Shown here: positions 6,945-16,607 of the stretch, one piece after another | Position numbering within the stretch: position 1 is the stretch's first letter | How the letters are laid out: the number at the start of each line of letters is the position of its first letter | IMG/VR virus record: IMGVR_UViG_3300045996_001242 | Location: 1 to 64,000 of that record | DNA from: a virus | DNA length: 64,000 nt | Reading direction: 5' to 3' (one strand) | Translations under genes and position numbers: made by a program | Notes under the pieces: model-generated | Told to the model about the DNA's origin: nothing | The model's input: only the letters and a program-made list of their open reading frames with translations | Database searches by the model: none

Positions 6945-8617
6945 TGAGCCGCACCATCCCGGTCGGCATCGCCGATCCCACCGAGCTCGAGCTCGGCGAA
7001 AGCATCACCGGCCGGGTGATCATCAAGAAGAGCCTCGATCAATGGCTGGACGAGGTCGACTACCGGGCACTCAACGACAACACCTATGTGCCGTCCGAGT
7101 TCTCGCTCATCTACATGAACTTCATCAAGCTGGTGAACGGCGCCGAGGGCGAGAGCCACAAGACCCCGCCCGTCCACCTCAAGATGTTGGACAAGCTGGC
7201 GAATTCTACGTCGAACCAGATCGCCAACCTCTGCTTCCGCGGCGCCGCCAAGACCACGCTGTTCTTTGAATACCTGGTCCTCTTCATCGCGGTCTTCGGC
7301 TACCTGCCCGGGCTCGGCACCGTCACCGGGATGATCTACGTCTCCGACTCCATGGAGAACGGCGTCAAGTCGGCGCGCAAGAACATCGAGTTCCGCTACA
7401 ACAATTCGGACTATCTCCAGGAGTGGCTGCCCGAGGCCCACTTCACCGACAACTACCTCGAGTTCCGTAACAAGGAAGGCCATCGGCTCGGCGTCAAGAT
7501 GTTCGGCGCCAAGACCGGCATCCGCGGTACGAAGATCTTCGGCAAGCGCCCGACGCTGGCGGTCCTCGACGACCTGATCTCGGACGACGACTCGAAGTCC
7601 AAGGCCTCGATGGAGGCGATCAAGGACACGGTCTACAAGGGGATCAACTACGCGCTGGATCCAACGCGGCGCAAGATCGTCTTCAACGGCACTCCCTTCA
7701 ACAACGACGACATCATGATCGAGGCGGTCGAGTCCGGCGCCTGGGACGTGAACGTCTGGCCGGTCTGCGAGCGCTTCCCCTGCACGAGGGAGGAGTTCGT
7801 CGGCGCCTGGGAGGATCGCTTCTCCTACGACTTCATCATGGAGCAGTACGAGAACGCGGTCCTCACCGGCAAGGTCGCCGGCTTCATGCAGGAGCTCATG
7901 CTCCGCATCACCTCCGACGAGGAGCGCCTGGTCCAGGACGAGGAGATCCGCTGGTACTCGAGGACGGAGCTGCTCGCCAACAAGAGCGCCTTCAACTTCT
8001 ACATCACGACGGACTGGGCGGTCTCCGACAAGCAGACGGCCGACTTCTCGGTCATCTCGGTCTGGGCCTACAACCACAACGGCGATTGGTTCTGGGTCGA
8101 CGGCATCGTCGAGCGCCAGACCTCCGACAAGACGGTCAACGATCTCTTCCGCCTGGTTCAGGCCTCGCACCCGCAGTCGGTCGGCATCGAGGTGACCGGC
8201 CAGCAGCTCGCCTTCATCAAGTGGTTGCAGGGCGAGATGCTGACCAGGAACATCTGGTTCAACTTCGCGAGCTCGGAGAAGTCCGGCGCCGCCGGCATCC
8301 GGCCGCACACCAACAAGCTCACCCGCTTCAACCTGGTGGTGCCGCTCTTCAAGGCCGGGAAGATGTACTTCCCCCAGGAGATGAAGACCTCCCGGATTAT
8401 GGCGCATTTTCTCGGACAGATCCGTCTGGCCACAAAAAACGGCCTCAAGGGAAAAGACGACTGCCTCGATACGATTTCTATGTTAATGTACCTCAACGCT
8501 TGGAAACCGAGCGAGCAGGCCCCGCACCCGATGCAGGGCCATAATGGCGGTCCCGATTGGGACGCCGATGAGCTCGCCGACAACGAAGCCAGCCGCCTCT
8601 CCTCCTACATCGTTTGA
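6941..8617 (+). CDS. terL: Terminase large subunit (N4 gp68-like)
   Basis: Walker A variant CFRGAAKTT, Walker B AVLDDL, NGTPF coupling motif, nuclease TTDWA and KDDCLD. Confidence 0.95.
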   Translation: MMSRTIPVGIADPTELELGESITGRVIIKKSLDQWLDEVDYRALNDNTYVPSEFSLIYMNFIKLVNGAEGESHKTPPVHLKMLDKLANSTSNQIANLCFRGAAKTTLFFEYLVLFIAVFGYLPGLGTVTGMIYVSDSMENGVKSARKNIEFRYNNSDYLQEWLPEAHFTDNYLEFRNKEGHRLGVKMFGAKTGIRGTKIFGKRPTLAVLDDLISDDDSKSKASMEAIKDTVYKGINYALDPTRRKIVFNGTPFNNDDIMIEAVESGAWDVNVWPVCERFPCTREEFVGAWEDRFSYDFIMEQYENAVLTGKVAGFMQELMLRITSDEERLVQDEEIRWYSRTELLANKSAFNFYITTDWAVSDKQTADFSVISVWAYNHNGDWFWVDGIVERQTSDKTVNDLFRLVQASHPQSVGIEVTGQQLAFIKWLQGEMLTRNIWFNFASSEKSGAAGIRPHTNKLTRFNLVVPLFKAGKMYFPQEMKTSRIMAHFLGQIRLATKNGLKGKDDCLDTISMLMYLNAWKPSEQAPHPMQGHNGGPDWDADELADNEASRLSSYIV

Positions 8618-8647
8618 TCGATTATCTCGATAATCCGGGTTGATTAA

Positions 8648-9409
8648 ATGCTTCTCTCCGCGCTCTTCCGCCGGCTGTCCTTTGGCGAGCTCTCCAATCT
8701 TGCGATCAGCAACTCTGGCTCGGGCACGATCGTCGAGGCCAAGTACCCGCAGCTGATCCAGTACGTGAACACCGCCCTGATCGACATCTTCACTCGCTTT
8801 GTCCTGAGCGAGAAGGAAGTGATTATCGAGCAGGTGGAAGGGCTTACGATGTACCACCTGCTGGCCAAGCACTCGGCCACCGTGGGCACCGAGGTCAACA
8901 AATACATCATCGACTCGGAGGAGGACACCTTCCGGGACGACATCGCCATCCGCATCCGCGAGGTCTGGGGCGTCGCCAATCCCACCAATCCGGCGGAAGA
9001 CGACGAGGTCGAGGAAGACCCCATCAAGTTCCCGCTGAACGATGCGGAGCACGATTACTCTCTCTTCACGCCCTCGCCCCTGTCGCTCCAGGTTCCGGAG
9101 CCCGTGGCCGGCGAGCCGCTCTCGATCATCTACCAGGCCTACCATCCGCCCCTGGTCGACGAAGAAGACGAGGAAGTGACGGAGCTGCTCGACCAGGTAA
9201 TCGATATTCCCCATTATCTTGATAATGCCCTCACCAAGCGGGTGGCATCGGAAGTCTTCTCCCACATGAACGGGCAGGAGAACATCCTCAAGGGCCAGGA
9301 GTACCTGGCCGCCTACGAGAAGGCCTGCTTCGAGATCGAGGAGCGCGATCTGGCGAACCAGTCCGCCCACACCTCCCACGACAAGCTCGAGCAGCGGGGC
9401 TTTGTCTAA
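8648..9409 (+). CDS. Head-tail adaptor (N4 gp67-like)
   Basis: LSFGELSNL N-terminus and KLEQRGFV C-terminus typical of gp67; position after TerL. Confidence 0.75.
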   Translation: MLLSALFRRLSFGELSNLAISNSGSGTIVEAKYPQLIQYVNTALIDIFTRFVLSEKEVIIEQVEGLTMYHLLAKHSATVGTEVNKYIIDSEEDTFRDDIAIRIREVWGVANPTNPAEDDEVEEDPIKFPLNDAEHDYSLFTPSPLSLQVPEPVAGEPLSIIYQAYHPPLVDEEDEEVTELLDQVIDIPHYLDNALTKRVASEVFSHMNGQENILKGQEYLAAYEKACFEIEERDLANQSAHTSHDKLEQRGFV

Positions 9410-9411
9410 CC

Positions 9412-12306
9412 ATGGGTCGTAGGTCCACTTTCCACCGGCCCAACGACGTCACTATGACGGTCGATGAGCTGCTCGGTGAAGCTTATCCGGTCGTCAAGGA
9501 GGTCAAGGAGAACCTCGACGCGATCAACGAGGTCGCCGATAACCTCGACGACGTCACGGCCGCAGTTGCGTCTGCCGCCGCGGCTGCAGCATCCGCTGCT
9601 CTAGCTGCGAGCTCGGAAGCCCAGGCCGCCGCCAGTGCCACGGCCGCCATCATGGCCAAGGTGGGCGCCGAGCAGGCCGAGACCAATGCAGAGACGGCCG
9701 AAACAAACGCCGAGGCTGCCCAGGCGGCAGCTGAAGCCGCGGCTGCTGCTGCCCAACTCGCTGAGGCCAACGCCGAGACGGCCGAGGTCAATGCGGAGCT
9801 GGCTGAGACGAATGCCGAGACCGCGGAAGTAGCTGCAGAGACGGCAGCTGCTGCTGCCGCTGGATCCGCCACGACGGCCGCTGGTCAGGCGACCACAGCC
9901 GCCAACCACAAGACGGCTGCCGAGCTCGCTGAGGCGAATGCTGAGGCAGCTCTGGCTCAGGCCCTAGATGCGCTCGCTGCCGCTGAAGACGCACGAGATG
10001 CGGCCCTCGTTGCGCAAGCTGCTGCCGAAGCTGCCAAGGCCGCCGCCGAAGCCGGGTTCGACTCCTTCGACGATAAGTACCTCGGCTCGAAGACCTCGAA
10101 CCCCACCCTCGACAACGACGGCAACGCGCTCATCGACGGCGCGATCATCTGGCATAGCGTCGCCAAAGAATGGCGAGCCTACGACCTGGCCACCACTACC
10201 TGGTTCGCCATGTCGGCCGGTGTCGCCGAGGCCTCGAGCATCGGGTTCACGCCGGCGGGCAATCTCTCCTCGGACAACGTCCAGGACGCCCTGACTGAGC
10301 TCGATACCGAGAAGATCCCGCACACCTATCTCGACACCGACACGACGCTCGCTGCCAACAGCGACACCAAACTCGCCACCCAGAAGGCGGTCAAGGCCTA
10401 CGTCGACGACGCGGTAGCGGATGTCGAAGCGGTCATCATCGTGACCGACGAGTTCGTCGGCGACGGCACCGCAGACTACACCCTGAGCCAGGCGCCGCTA
10501 GAAGAGCAGACCTGCTGGCCGGTGGTGGGTGGCGTCGAGCAGCCCCCGTCGACGTTCTCGCTCTCTGGTTCCGTCATCACGTTCTCGGAGACGATCGCGG
10601 TTGGCGTCGCCATCCACGTCAAGTACATCGGCGGCGCTTTCGCGGTCGACAGCGAAACGCACGCGACGAACGCCGCTAATAGCGCCGCCGCTGCTGCCGC
10701 TTCAGAGACGGCCGCCGAGCTGGCCGAGACCAACGCGGAGACGGCAGAGACGAATGCCGAAGCTGCCGCTGCGGCTGCAGCTGCCTCGGCGACGGCGGCC
10801 CAGACGGCTGAAACGAACGCTGAGACTGCCGAGACCAACGCCGAGACCGCAGCCACAGCAGCTGCGGGAAGCGCCTCCAGCGCCGCCACTTCCGCGACCA
10901 ATGCTGCAACCTCTGCCTCCGCTGCTGCGACAGCCGAGACTAACGCCGAAACGGCCGAAAGCAATGCCGAGACGGCGCAGGCGGCAGCGGAAGCTGCTCA
11001 AGCCGCGGCCGAGGGTTTCCGTGACAACGCCGAAGCGGCCGAGACGGCGGCCGAAGCTGCTCGAGATCTGGCTCTCACTTACCGGGATGCGGCCGAGGCG
11101 TTCAAGAACAGCGCCCAGACCGCGGAGACCAATGCCGAGACGGCCGAGGCGAATGCCGAAACCGCAGAGACCAACGCTGAGACGGCACAAGCTGCTGCCG
11201 AGGATGCGCGCGATGCAGCGCTGGTCGCCCAGGCTGCAGCCGAAGCGGCACAGGCCGCTGCTGAAGCCGGCTGGGATGCCTTCGACGATAAGTACCTCGG
11301 AGCCAAAGCAGCCAACCCGACGCTTGATAACGACGGCAACGCACTCCAGGATGGCGCCGTCTACTGGAACAACGTTGCCCTCGAGTGGCGGGTCTACGAT
11401 CTTGGCACCACGAGCTGGGTGCCGCTCGCTGGTGGTGGAGCTGCTTCGGGCGTTGCCACGACTCCTGCCGGCGGTCTTGCGTCCACCAACGTGCAGGATG
11501 CGCTCAACGAGCTCGACACCGAGAAGTTCGCGAAGGCCGATGTCGACACCGACAACACCCTGGCGGCCGACAGCGACACCAAGGTAGCGAGCCAGAAGGC
11601 CATCAAGGCGCATGTCGCGGCGGCGATCGCCGCGCTCTCGAGCGTCTACCAGGCGGCCGCGACGATCCTCACCAATATCGTCGGCCTGAGCACCAACGGG
11701 CTCATCACCCGCACGGCATCGGGTGTGGTTGCGGCCCGCTCGATCGTCGGCACGACCAACGTCGTGACCGTCAGCAACGGCGATGGCGTTTCGGACAATC
11801 CGACGATCGACATCCCGACCAATGCGATCGGCAACACCCGCCTCGCCGACATGGCCGAGTCGACCATCAAGGGTCGGGCGGCATCGGCCGGCACGGGAGA
11901 TCCAACGGACCTCACCGCCGCCCAGGTGAAGACCCTCTTGGCGATCGCAGCCTCCGATGTTGTCTCTGGCCAGTTCGCGGATGCACGCATGCCGTCGCGC
12001 TTGGGCGTTAGTGCCGAGCAGACGACGGACCCCAACAACATCGTAACGACTGGCTTTTACGCAGGAGCGAACACGGCCTCGAACATCCCGGTCGCCGCGC
12101 ACTTCTACCTCTGGCACATCCGCTGGGATGTGAACTCCATGTACCAGGAGTTCCAGGTCTACAACACTGACGAGCGTTGGACCCGGAAGATGACCGGCGC
12201 AACCTGGGGCTCGTGGGCCCGAGCGCTCACCAATGGGTACACGGTCAGCACTTCCGACGCTTCCGGCTCGGCCCCTGATGGCACCATCTGGTTCAAGGTG
12301 CCGTAA
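9412..12306 (+). CDS. Long tail fibre/appendage protein
   Basis: AETAETN heptad repeats; two copies of an FDDKYLG..NPTLDNDGNAL...NVQDAL.ELDTEK module; central small beta domain; C-terminal knob-like domain. Confidence 0.85.
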   Translation: MGRRSTFHRPNDVTMTVDELLGEAYPVVKEVKENLDAINEVADNLDDVTAAVASAAAAAASAALAASSEAQAAASATAAIMAKVGAEQAETNAETAETNAEAAQAAAEAAAAAAQLAEANAETAEVNAELAETNAETAEVAAETAAAAAAGSATTAAGQATTAANHKTAAELAEANAEAALAQALDALAAAEDARDAALVAQAAAEAAKAAAEAGFDSFDDKYLGSKTSNPTLDNDGNALIDGAIIWHSVAKEWRAYDLATTTWFAMSAGVAEASSIGFTPAGNLSSDNVQDALTELDTEKIPHTYLDTDTTLAANSDTKLATQKAVKAYVDDAVADVEAVIIVTDEFVGDGTADYTLSQAPLEEQTCWPVVGGVEQPPSTFSLSGSVITFSETIAVGVAIHVKYIGGAFAVDSETHATNAANSAAAAAASETAAELAETNAETAETNAEAAAAAAAASATAAQTAETNAETAETNAETAATAAAGSASSAATSATNAATSASAAATAETNAETAESNAETAQAAAEAAQAAAEGFRDNAEAAETAAEAARDLALTYRDAAEAFKNSAQTAETNAETAEANAETAETNAETAQAAAEDARDAALVAQAAAEAAQAAAEAGWDAFDDKYLGAKAANPTLDNDGNALQDGAVYWNNVALEWRVYDLGTTSWVPLAGGGAASGVATTPAGGLASTNVQDALNELDTEKFAKADVDTDNTLAADSDTKVASQKAIKAHVAAAIAALSSVYQAAATILTNIVGLSTNGLITRTASGVVAARSIVGTTNVVTVSNGDGVSDNPTIDIPTNAIGNTRLADMAESTIKGRAASAGTGDPTDLTAAQVKTLLAIAASDVVSGQFADARMPSRLGVSAEQTTDPNNIVTTGFYAGANTASNIPVAAHFYLWHIRWDVNSMYQEFQVYNTDERWTRKMTGATWGSWARALTNGYTVSTSDASGSAPDGTIWFKVP

Positions 12307-12309
12307 GTC

Positions 12310-13110
12310 ATGGCCTCCTCGATCCGAGATGGCGGGACCTGGAAACAGGTCAATGGGGTCTGGATCCGTGACGCCTCGAGCTGGAAGGAAGTCCAGAAGG
12401 CGTGGATCCGGGATGCCGGGAGCTGGAAGGAGTTCTACTCCCTGGCTCCGGCCCTGTCCCGCACGTTCGAGGATACCCGCGTAGACGCGGTCGACGGGAC
12501 CAACTCAGCGTGGACCGGCATAGCGATCGCCACGGCGCCCAATGCAAACAGGCGCATTGTTATCGCGGTCGGTGCCTCCATCTCCTCGGCGACTGAAGCC
12601 AATGCGCAGGCGTCGGCGGTCACCATCAACGGGACCATCTCGGCCACCAAGCGTCAGGGTGCTGACGTCGACACGAGCGGCAGCACCGGCTCCGGTATTG
12701 CGCTGTACACGGCGACTGTGCCTACGGGCACAACCATCGACGTGTCGGTGGACTTCCCGGCGTCCGTGAGGCGCTGCGGCATCATCGTCTGGTCGCTCAT
12801 TGCCCCTGCCGAAGCTCCGACGAACTCAGGTGTTGGCGAGACCGCCGGCTCGAGTTCGGACGACCTGAGCTTGACGGTGACCAACCCAGCAGGCGGCCTC
12901 GGCTTAGCCGCGTTCACCGATGCGAACAGCACGGCAGCAACTCTCCCCTCCACGTTCTCCGGCACCGCCAGCCCATCAGAGGTCGCGGACTTCCTGATCG
13001 AGGGCGGCTCGAACATGCACGGTGCGAACTTCGCGGCCAGCGGCACGGTCGTCTGCGGCGTCAATAACAACCTCGGCATGGTCGGCGTCTGGGCGTCTTG
13101 GGCGCCGTAA
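12310..13110 (+). CDS. Putative fibre-tip adhesin 1
   Basis: Three tandem IRD..(T/S)WK Trp repeats at the N-terminus (gp38-like attachment domain), then a beta-rich domain. Confidence 0.6.
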   Translation: MASSIRDGGTWKQVNGVWIRDASSWKEVQKAWIRDAGSWKEFYSLAPALSRTFEDTRVDAVDGTNSAWTGIAIATAPNANRRIVIAVGASISSATEANAQASAVTINGTISATKRQGADVDTSGSTGSGIALYTATVPTGTTIDVSVDFPASVRRCGIIVWSLIAPAEAPTNSGVGETAGSSSDDLSLTVTNPAGGLGLAAFTDANSTAATLPSTFSGTASPSEVADFLIEGGSNMHGANFAASGTVVCGVNNNLGMVGVWASWAP

Positions 13111-13128
13111 TCACCATAGGAATTAGAC

Positions 13129-13533
13129 ATGGCTCTCCAGAAAGTTCACAGCTCCCGCATCGACACCCATGAGCACTCCGGCGCCGATGTTACCTCCGGC
13201 ACGGTCCCCGATGCTCGCATGCCTACCCGATTGGGCACCGTCGCCAAGACCGTTACCGACTGGAACGATGCCACCGAGGCCGGCTGGTATATGGGGAATG
13301 GCGTGACGAACACTCCCGCCGCCGGTTGGTGGATGGGCATCGTCGAGGTCCACAACTCGAACTACATCATCCAGACGCTCTGCGACTTCGACGGCGCCCA
13401 GGCTCGCTGGCGCCGCGTCAGGAACGCCGGGACCTGGGGGTCCTGGTACAAGGTCCTCACCGAGAAATACACGGTCAGCACCTCCGATGCCTCGGGCACG
13501 CCGGCCGATGGCGACCTCTGGTACAAGGTCTGA
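13129..13533 (+). CDS. Short secondary fibre, paralogue of the long-fibre C-terminus
   Basis: DARMP.RLG ... YTVSTSDASG...DG..W.KV shared with the 9412 gene; HEH motif. Confidence 0.75.
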   Translation: MALQKVHSSRIDTHEHSGADVTSGTVPDARMPTRLGTVAKTVTDWNDATEAGWYMGNGVTNTPAAGWWMGIVEVHNSNYIIQTLCDFDGAQARWRRVRNAGTWGSWYKVLTEKYTVSTSDASGTPADGDLWYKV

Positions 13534-13536
13534 CCC

Positions 13537-14262
13537 ATGACTCTAAAGGTCGGGGACGCAGGGACCTGGAAACAGGCCAAGAGCCTCTGGGTCGGGGATG
13601 CCGGCACCTGGAAGAAGGTAAAGTCCGCCTGGGTCGGCGACGGCGGCATCTGGAAGAAGATGTACTCCGGGATGCCGGAGTTCATCGGCAGCAGCAACGC
13701 CATCCAGAATGTGAGCGGCGGCACCTGCACCTATGCGGCCGGCACCACGACGGGTGACCTCCTCATCTGCGTCATCGCCTGCGACGACTCCGAGAACAAC
13801 AGCGGCCCCGCCGGCTGGACCTTCCTCGGCCGAGACACCGACGTCACGGAAGTCGCCGTGTGGGCGAAGGACTGCGCCGGCGAAACATCGGTGTCGATCC
13901 CTGGCTCGACCGGCGGCGGCGGCCCTTCGACCGTGGCCGAGGTCTACACCTTCCGGGGTGCGAACGTCGCCGGCATCACTGGCGTCAATACCGGCACGAA
14001 CAGCCCCGCTAACACACCGGTCGACAACTGCCTGGTCTTCTGCGTCCGCGGCAACACGCTCAACACCAACTCCGACAACCAGACGAGCTGGGGCACGGGC
14101 AACCTCGAGAACCCGGTCGAGGTCGGCGACTACTCCTACAACGACGGCTGGGACGTCGGCTTTGCTGCGCTGTACGGCGAGATGCAGACCGCCGGAGATC
14201 CAGGCTCGGTCACCAACAGCGCCGGCGCCGCCTACCTCAATTTTACCATCCAACCCCTTTAA
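13537..14262 (+). CDS. Putative fibre-tip adhesin 2
   Basis: Three VGD.G.WK repeats paralogous to the 12310 gene; GDLLI...PAGWT beta domain. Confidence 0.6.
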   Translation: MTLKVGDAGTWKQAKSLWVGDAGTWKKVKSAWVGDGGIWKKMYSGMPEFIGSSNAIQNVSGGTCTYAAGTTTGDLLICVIACDDSENNSGPAGWTFLGRDTDVTEVAVWAKDCAGETSVSIPGSTGGGGPSTVAEVYTFRGANVAGITGVNTGTNSPANTPVDNCLVFCVRGNTLNTNSDNQTSWGTGNLENPVEVGDYSYNDGWDVGFAALYGEMQTAGDPGSVTNSAGAAYLNFTIQPL

Positions 14263-14277
14263 TAAGGTCCTGTTATT

Positions 14278-14721
14278 ATGAGCAAATTTACCGGACAGCT
14301 GTCTGTCAATTACCACGACAATATCTACGGCCAACTGGCCATCCTCAACGAGCCCCTGGTCTGGGAGTGCGACGAAAAGGGCAGCGGCCTCACCGTCACG
14401 ATCCCGGCCGGCTATGTCAGCGATGGCGCCACCGTGCCCCGGATCTTCTGGTGGTTTATGCCCCCGTGGGGTCACCGCGGCACCCGGGCGGCGCTCGTCC
14501 ACGATTACCTCCTCGAGATGCTGGTCGATAAGCGCACCCCGGTAGCCGGCATCGACACTCGCTCGAAATGCGACTGGCAGTTCTTCCTGGCTCTCAAGGC
14601 GCTCGGCGTTCCGGACTGGCGGGCTCGCCTCACTTTCTGGGGCGTCACAGCCTTCACGGCGCTGTGGTCGGTCTCGAGGCAGCTCTCTTCCTGGTTCCCT
14701 GCCATCCCAGCGTTGCGATAA
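14278..14721 (+). CDS. DUF1353 family protein
   Basis: IPAGYVSDGATVPR and AALVHDYL motifs. Confidence 0.8.
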   Translation: MSKFTGQLSVNYHDNIYGQLAILNEPLVWECDEKGSGLTVTIPAGYVSDGATVPRIFWWFMPPWGHRGTRAALVHDYLLEMLVDKRTPVAGIDTRSKCDWQFFLALKALGVPDWRARLTFWGVTAFTALWSVSRQLSSWFPAIPALR

Positions 14722-14793
14722 TCTACAAAATCCGGTTGGTAATCCCAGCCGGATTTTGGTATGGATATTTCAGAAAATACGAGGTGACTCTTC

Positions 14794-15066
14794 ATGACCA
14801 CGACTGTCCGCGTCTCCAACATCGATAGCGAAGGCTGGACCGAGCTTGCAGACGGCTCGGCCAATGTGACCGTCGACCATGATCGCGAGCTCTCATCTGA
14901 TGTCCTCATCTGGATCGGTGCGGCTGATCCTACGGCGGCCGTCAATGACGGGTTCCGCCTCACCAGCAAGCGGCCTACGTTCGCGATCGCTGGCCTGGAG
15001 GCCGGCGACAAGGTCTTCGCCCGTTCGACGGATGCGGAGCTCTCAGTCCTCGTCGCCAAGAGCTGA
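14794..15066 (+). CDS. Small beta-rich virion-associated protein
   Basis: GAGGT RBS; 90 aa; tail region. Confidence 0.6.
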   Translation: MTTTVRVSNIDSEGWTELADGSANVTVDHDRELSSDVLIWIGAADPTAAVNDGFRLTSKRPTFAIAGLEAGDKVFARSTDAELSVLVAKS

Positions 15067-15075
15067 TCCCGCCAA

Positions 15076-16200
15076 ATGTCCGAGCTGCTGTGCTTCGGCC
15101 CTGTATCGACAATCGGGCAGGGCCTCGCCTTTGGCCCCGACCCAGCCGCTGGGGGCCCGGCTGGGCCCGCACAGTTCGGTACTGGCGATTGGTCTGTATC
15201 TGACCTCAACACGGTCGACGGCGCCCGTATCACGATCTCCGCGCTGCCTGACGACGGCGGCTCGGCGATCACCGACCTCGAGTACCAGGTCGACGGTGGC
15301 GCATGGATCTCGCTGGCCGGCACCACCGCCGACGCCTACGACGTCGCCGATCTCGCCTTCAACACAGCGCAGGCGATCGCGATCCGGGCAATCAACGCCT
15401 TGGGCAATGGCACGGCCAGCGCCACCAAGAGCGTGACGCCCACTGGCTCGGCTGACACCGATGCCCTCAATGCCCGCTTCACGACGCCGATGACGACGCC
15501 CAGGGCCAAGCTCTACCAGGCGCTCTATGCGTCACTCCGTAACGGCGCCACGAGCGGCACCGACATCCTCTCCAAGATGGACTATTTCTACGTCCTCGGC
15601 GCAGCTAATGCCCAGGCGGCGCAGCGAAATCTCGTCCAGGACGCCTACAATCTCTCGCCGGTCAATTCCCCGACCTTCACGGCTGACCGCGGCTACCAGG
15701 GCGACGGCTCGACGAGTTATCTGAATACGGGATTTGACTGCACGTCAGCTGTCGGCCGCAAGATTGCGCAGGACGATGCCCATAGGGGGCTTTGGCTCCG
15801 GACCGACCTGGCCAATGGCGCTGGTGTGAGTTTCGACTTTGGTGCGCCATCGAACAGCTATATCGGGCGCAACAACACCGCTGCAGGGCGGATGGTCACC
15901 CGCGCCAACTCGGCCACCGCGGTCAGCGTTGACAGCGTGTTCCCTGGTTATGGCGCATGGACCCGCGGCTCCTCGACCGTCATTCGGCGTTACGATGACG
16001 GCGCCCCGGCCAGTGGAAATCCGCTGTCGAATACCAGCGCGGCACTCTCGGCGGGGACCGATCGCATCCTCGCAATGAACGCCTCCTCGTTCGGTGCCAA
16101 CCAAGTCCTGTTCGCCCATGCGGGCTCGACGCTCACCGATGCGGAGATCCTCGACCTCTACAACGCCCTCAACACCTTCAAGACTGCAATCGGAGCCTAA
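15076..16200 (+). CDS. Putative tail/receptor-binding protein (FN3-like plus lectin-like domain)
   Basis: DDGGSAITDLEYQVD...IRAINALGNG (FN3-like); FTADRGYQGDGSTSYLNTGF (LamG/lectin-like). Confidence 0.65.
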   Translation: MSELLCFGPVSTIGQGLAFGPDPAAGGPAGPAQFGTGDWSVSDLNTVDGARITISALPDDGGSAITDLEYQVDGGAWISLAGTTADAYDVADLAFNTAQAIAIRAINALGNGTASATKSVTPTGSADTDALNARFTTPMTTPRAKLYQALYASLRNGATSGTDILSKMDYFYVLGAANAQAAQRNLVQDAYNLSPVNSPTFTADRGYQGDGSTSYLNTGFDCTSAVGRKIAQDDAHRGLWLRTDLANGAGVSFDFGAPSNSYIGRNNTAAGRMVTRANSATAVSVDSVFPGYGAWTRGSSTVIRRYDDGAPASGNPLSNTSAALSAGTDRILAMNASSFGANQVLFAHAGSTLTDAEILDLYNALNTFKTAIGA

Positions 16201-16204
16201 GCAC

Positions 16205-16519
16205 ATGGCCACTCAGAACTATTTCATCCTCACCTCTGCCCAGCGCACCGCGGCAATGGCCTTCAATGACCCGTCTGCGAGCATCGACCCGCGCGCTATT
16301 GATAGCGCCACTCCTGGCTCGGGCATCAACCTCAACGAGAACGCTGACGGCTTTGCCGCCGGCGCCGCGGTGACTCTGACGGACAAGTTCGTCGCCCCGG
16401 TCCGCATCATGAACGACCCCGCCTACCTCAGTGAGGTGCCGGACATGATCGCCTACCTGCTCGACCTGCCGTGGTGTCTCCTGGAAGACGAGACGATCTT
16501 CCTGCCCTCCCAGGCCTAG
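16205..16519 (+). CDS. Hypothetical protein (104 aa)
   Basis: GGAG RBS; follows the previous gene; possibly a chaperone. Confidence 0.6.
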   Translation: MATQNYFILTSAQRTAAMAFNDPSASIDPRAIDSATPGSGINLNENADGFAAGAAVTLTDKFVAPVRIMNDPAYLSEVPDMIAYLLDLPWCLLEDETIFLPSQA

Positions 16520-16607
16520 CATATTCACTGATAATCCCTGTGGTAATGCCCGCAGGATTTTGTTAGGTTGGTTCCAGAAAATTCCCAAAGTGATTTTGGA
16601 ACCATTT

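Noticed and set aside
9560-11270. CRISPR-like or VNTR array
   Set aside because: The repeats are degenerate coding repeats (AETAETN heptads) with no constant repeat-spacer pattern.
11960-14262. Diversity-generating retroelement or invertible tail-fibre shufflon
   Set aside because: No reverse transcriptase or invertase; copies are in direct orientation and differences are not adenine-specific.
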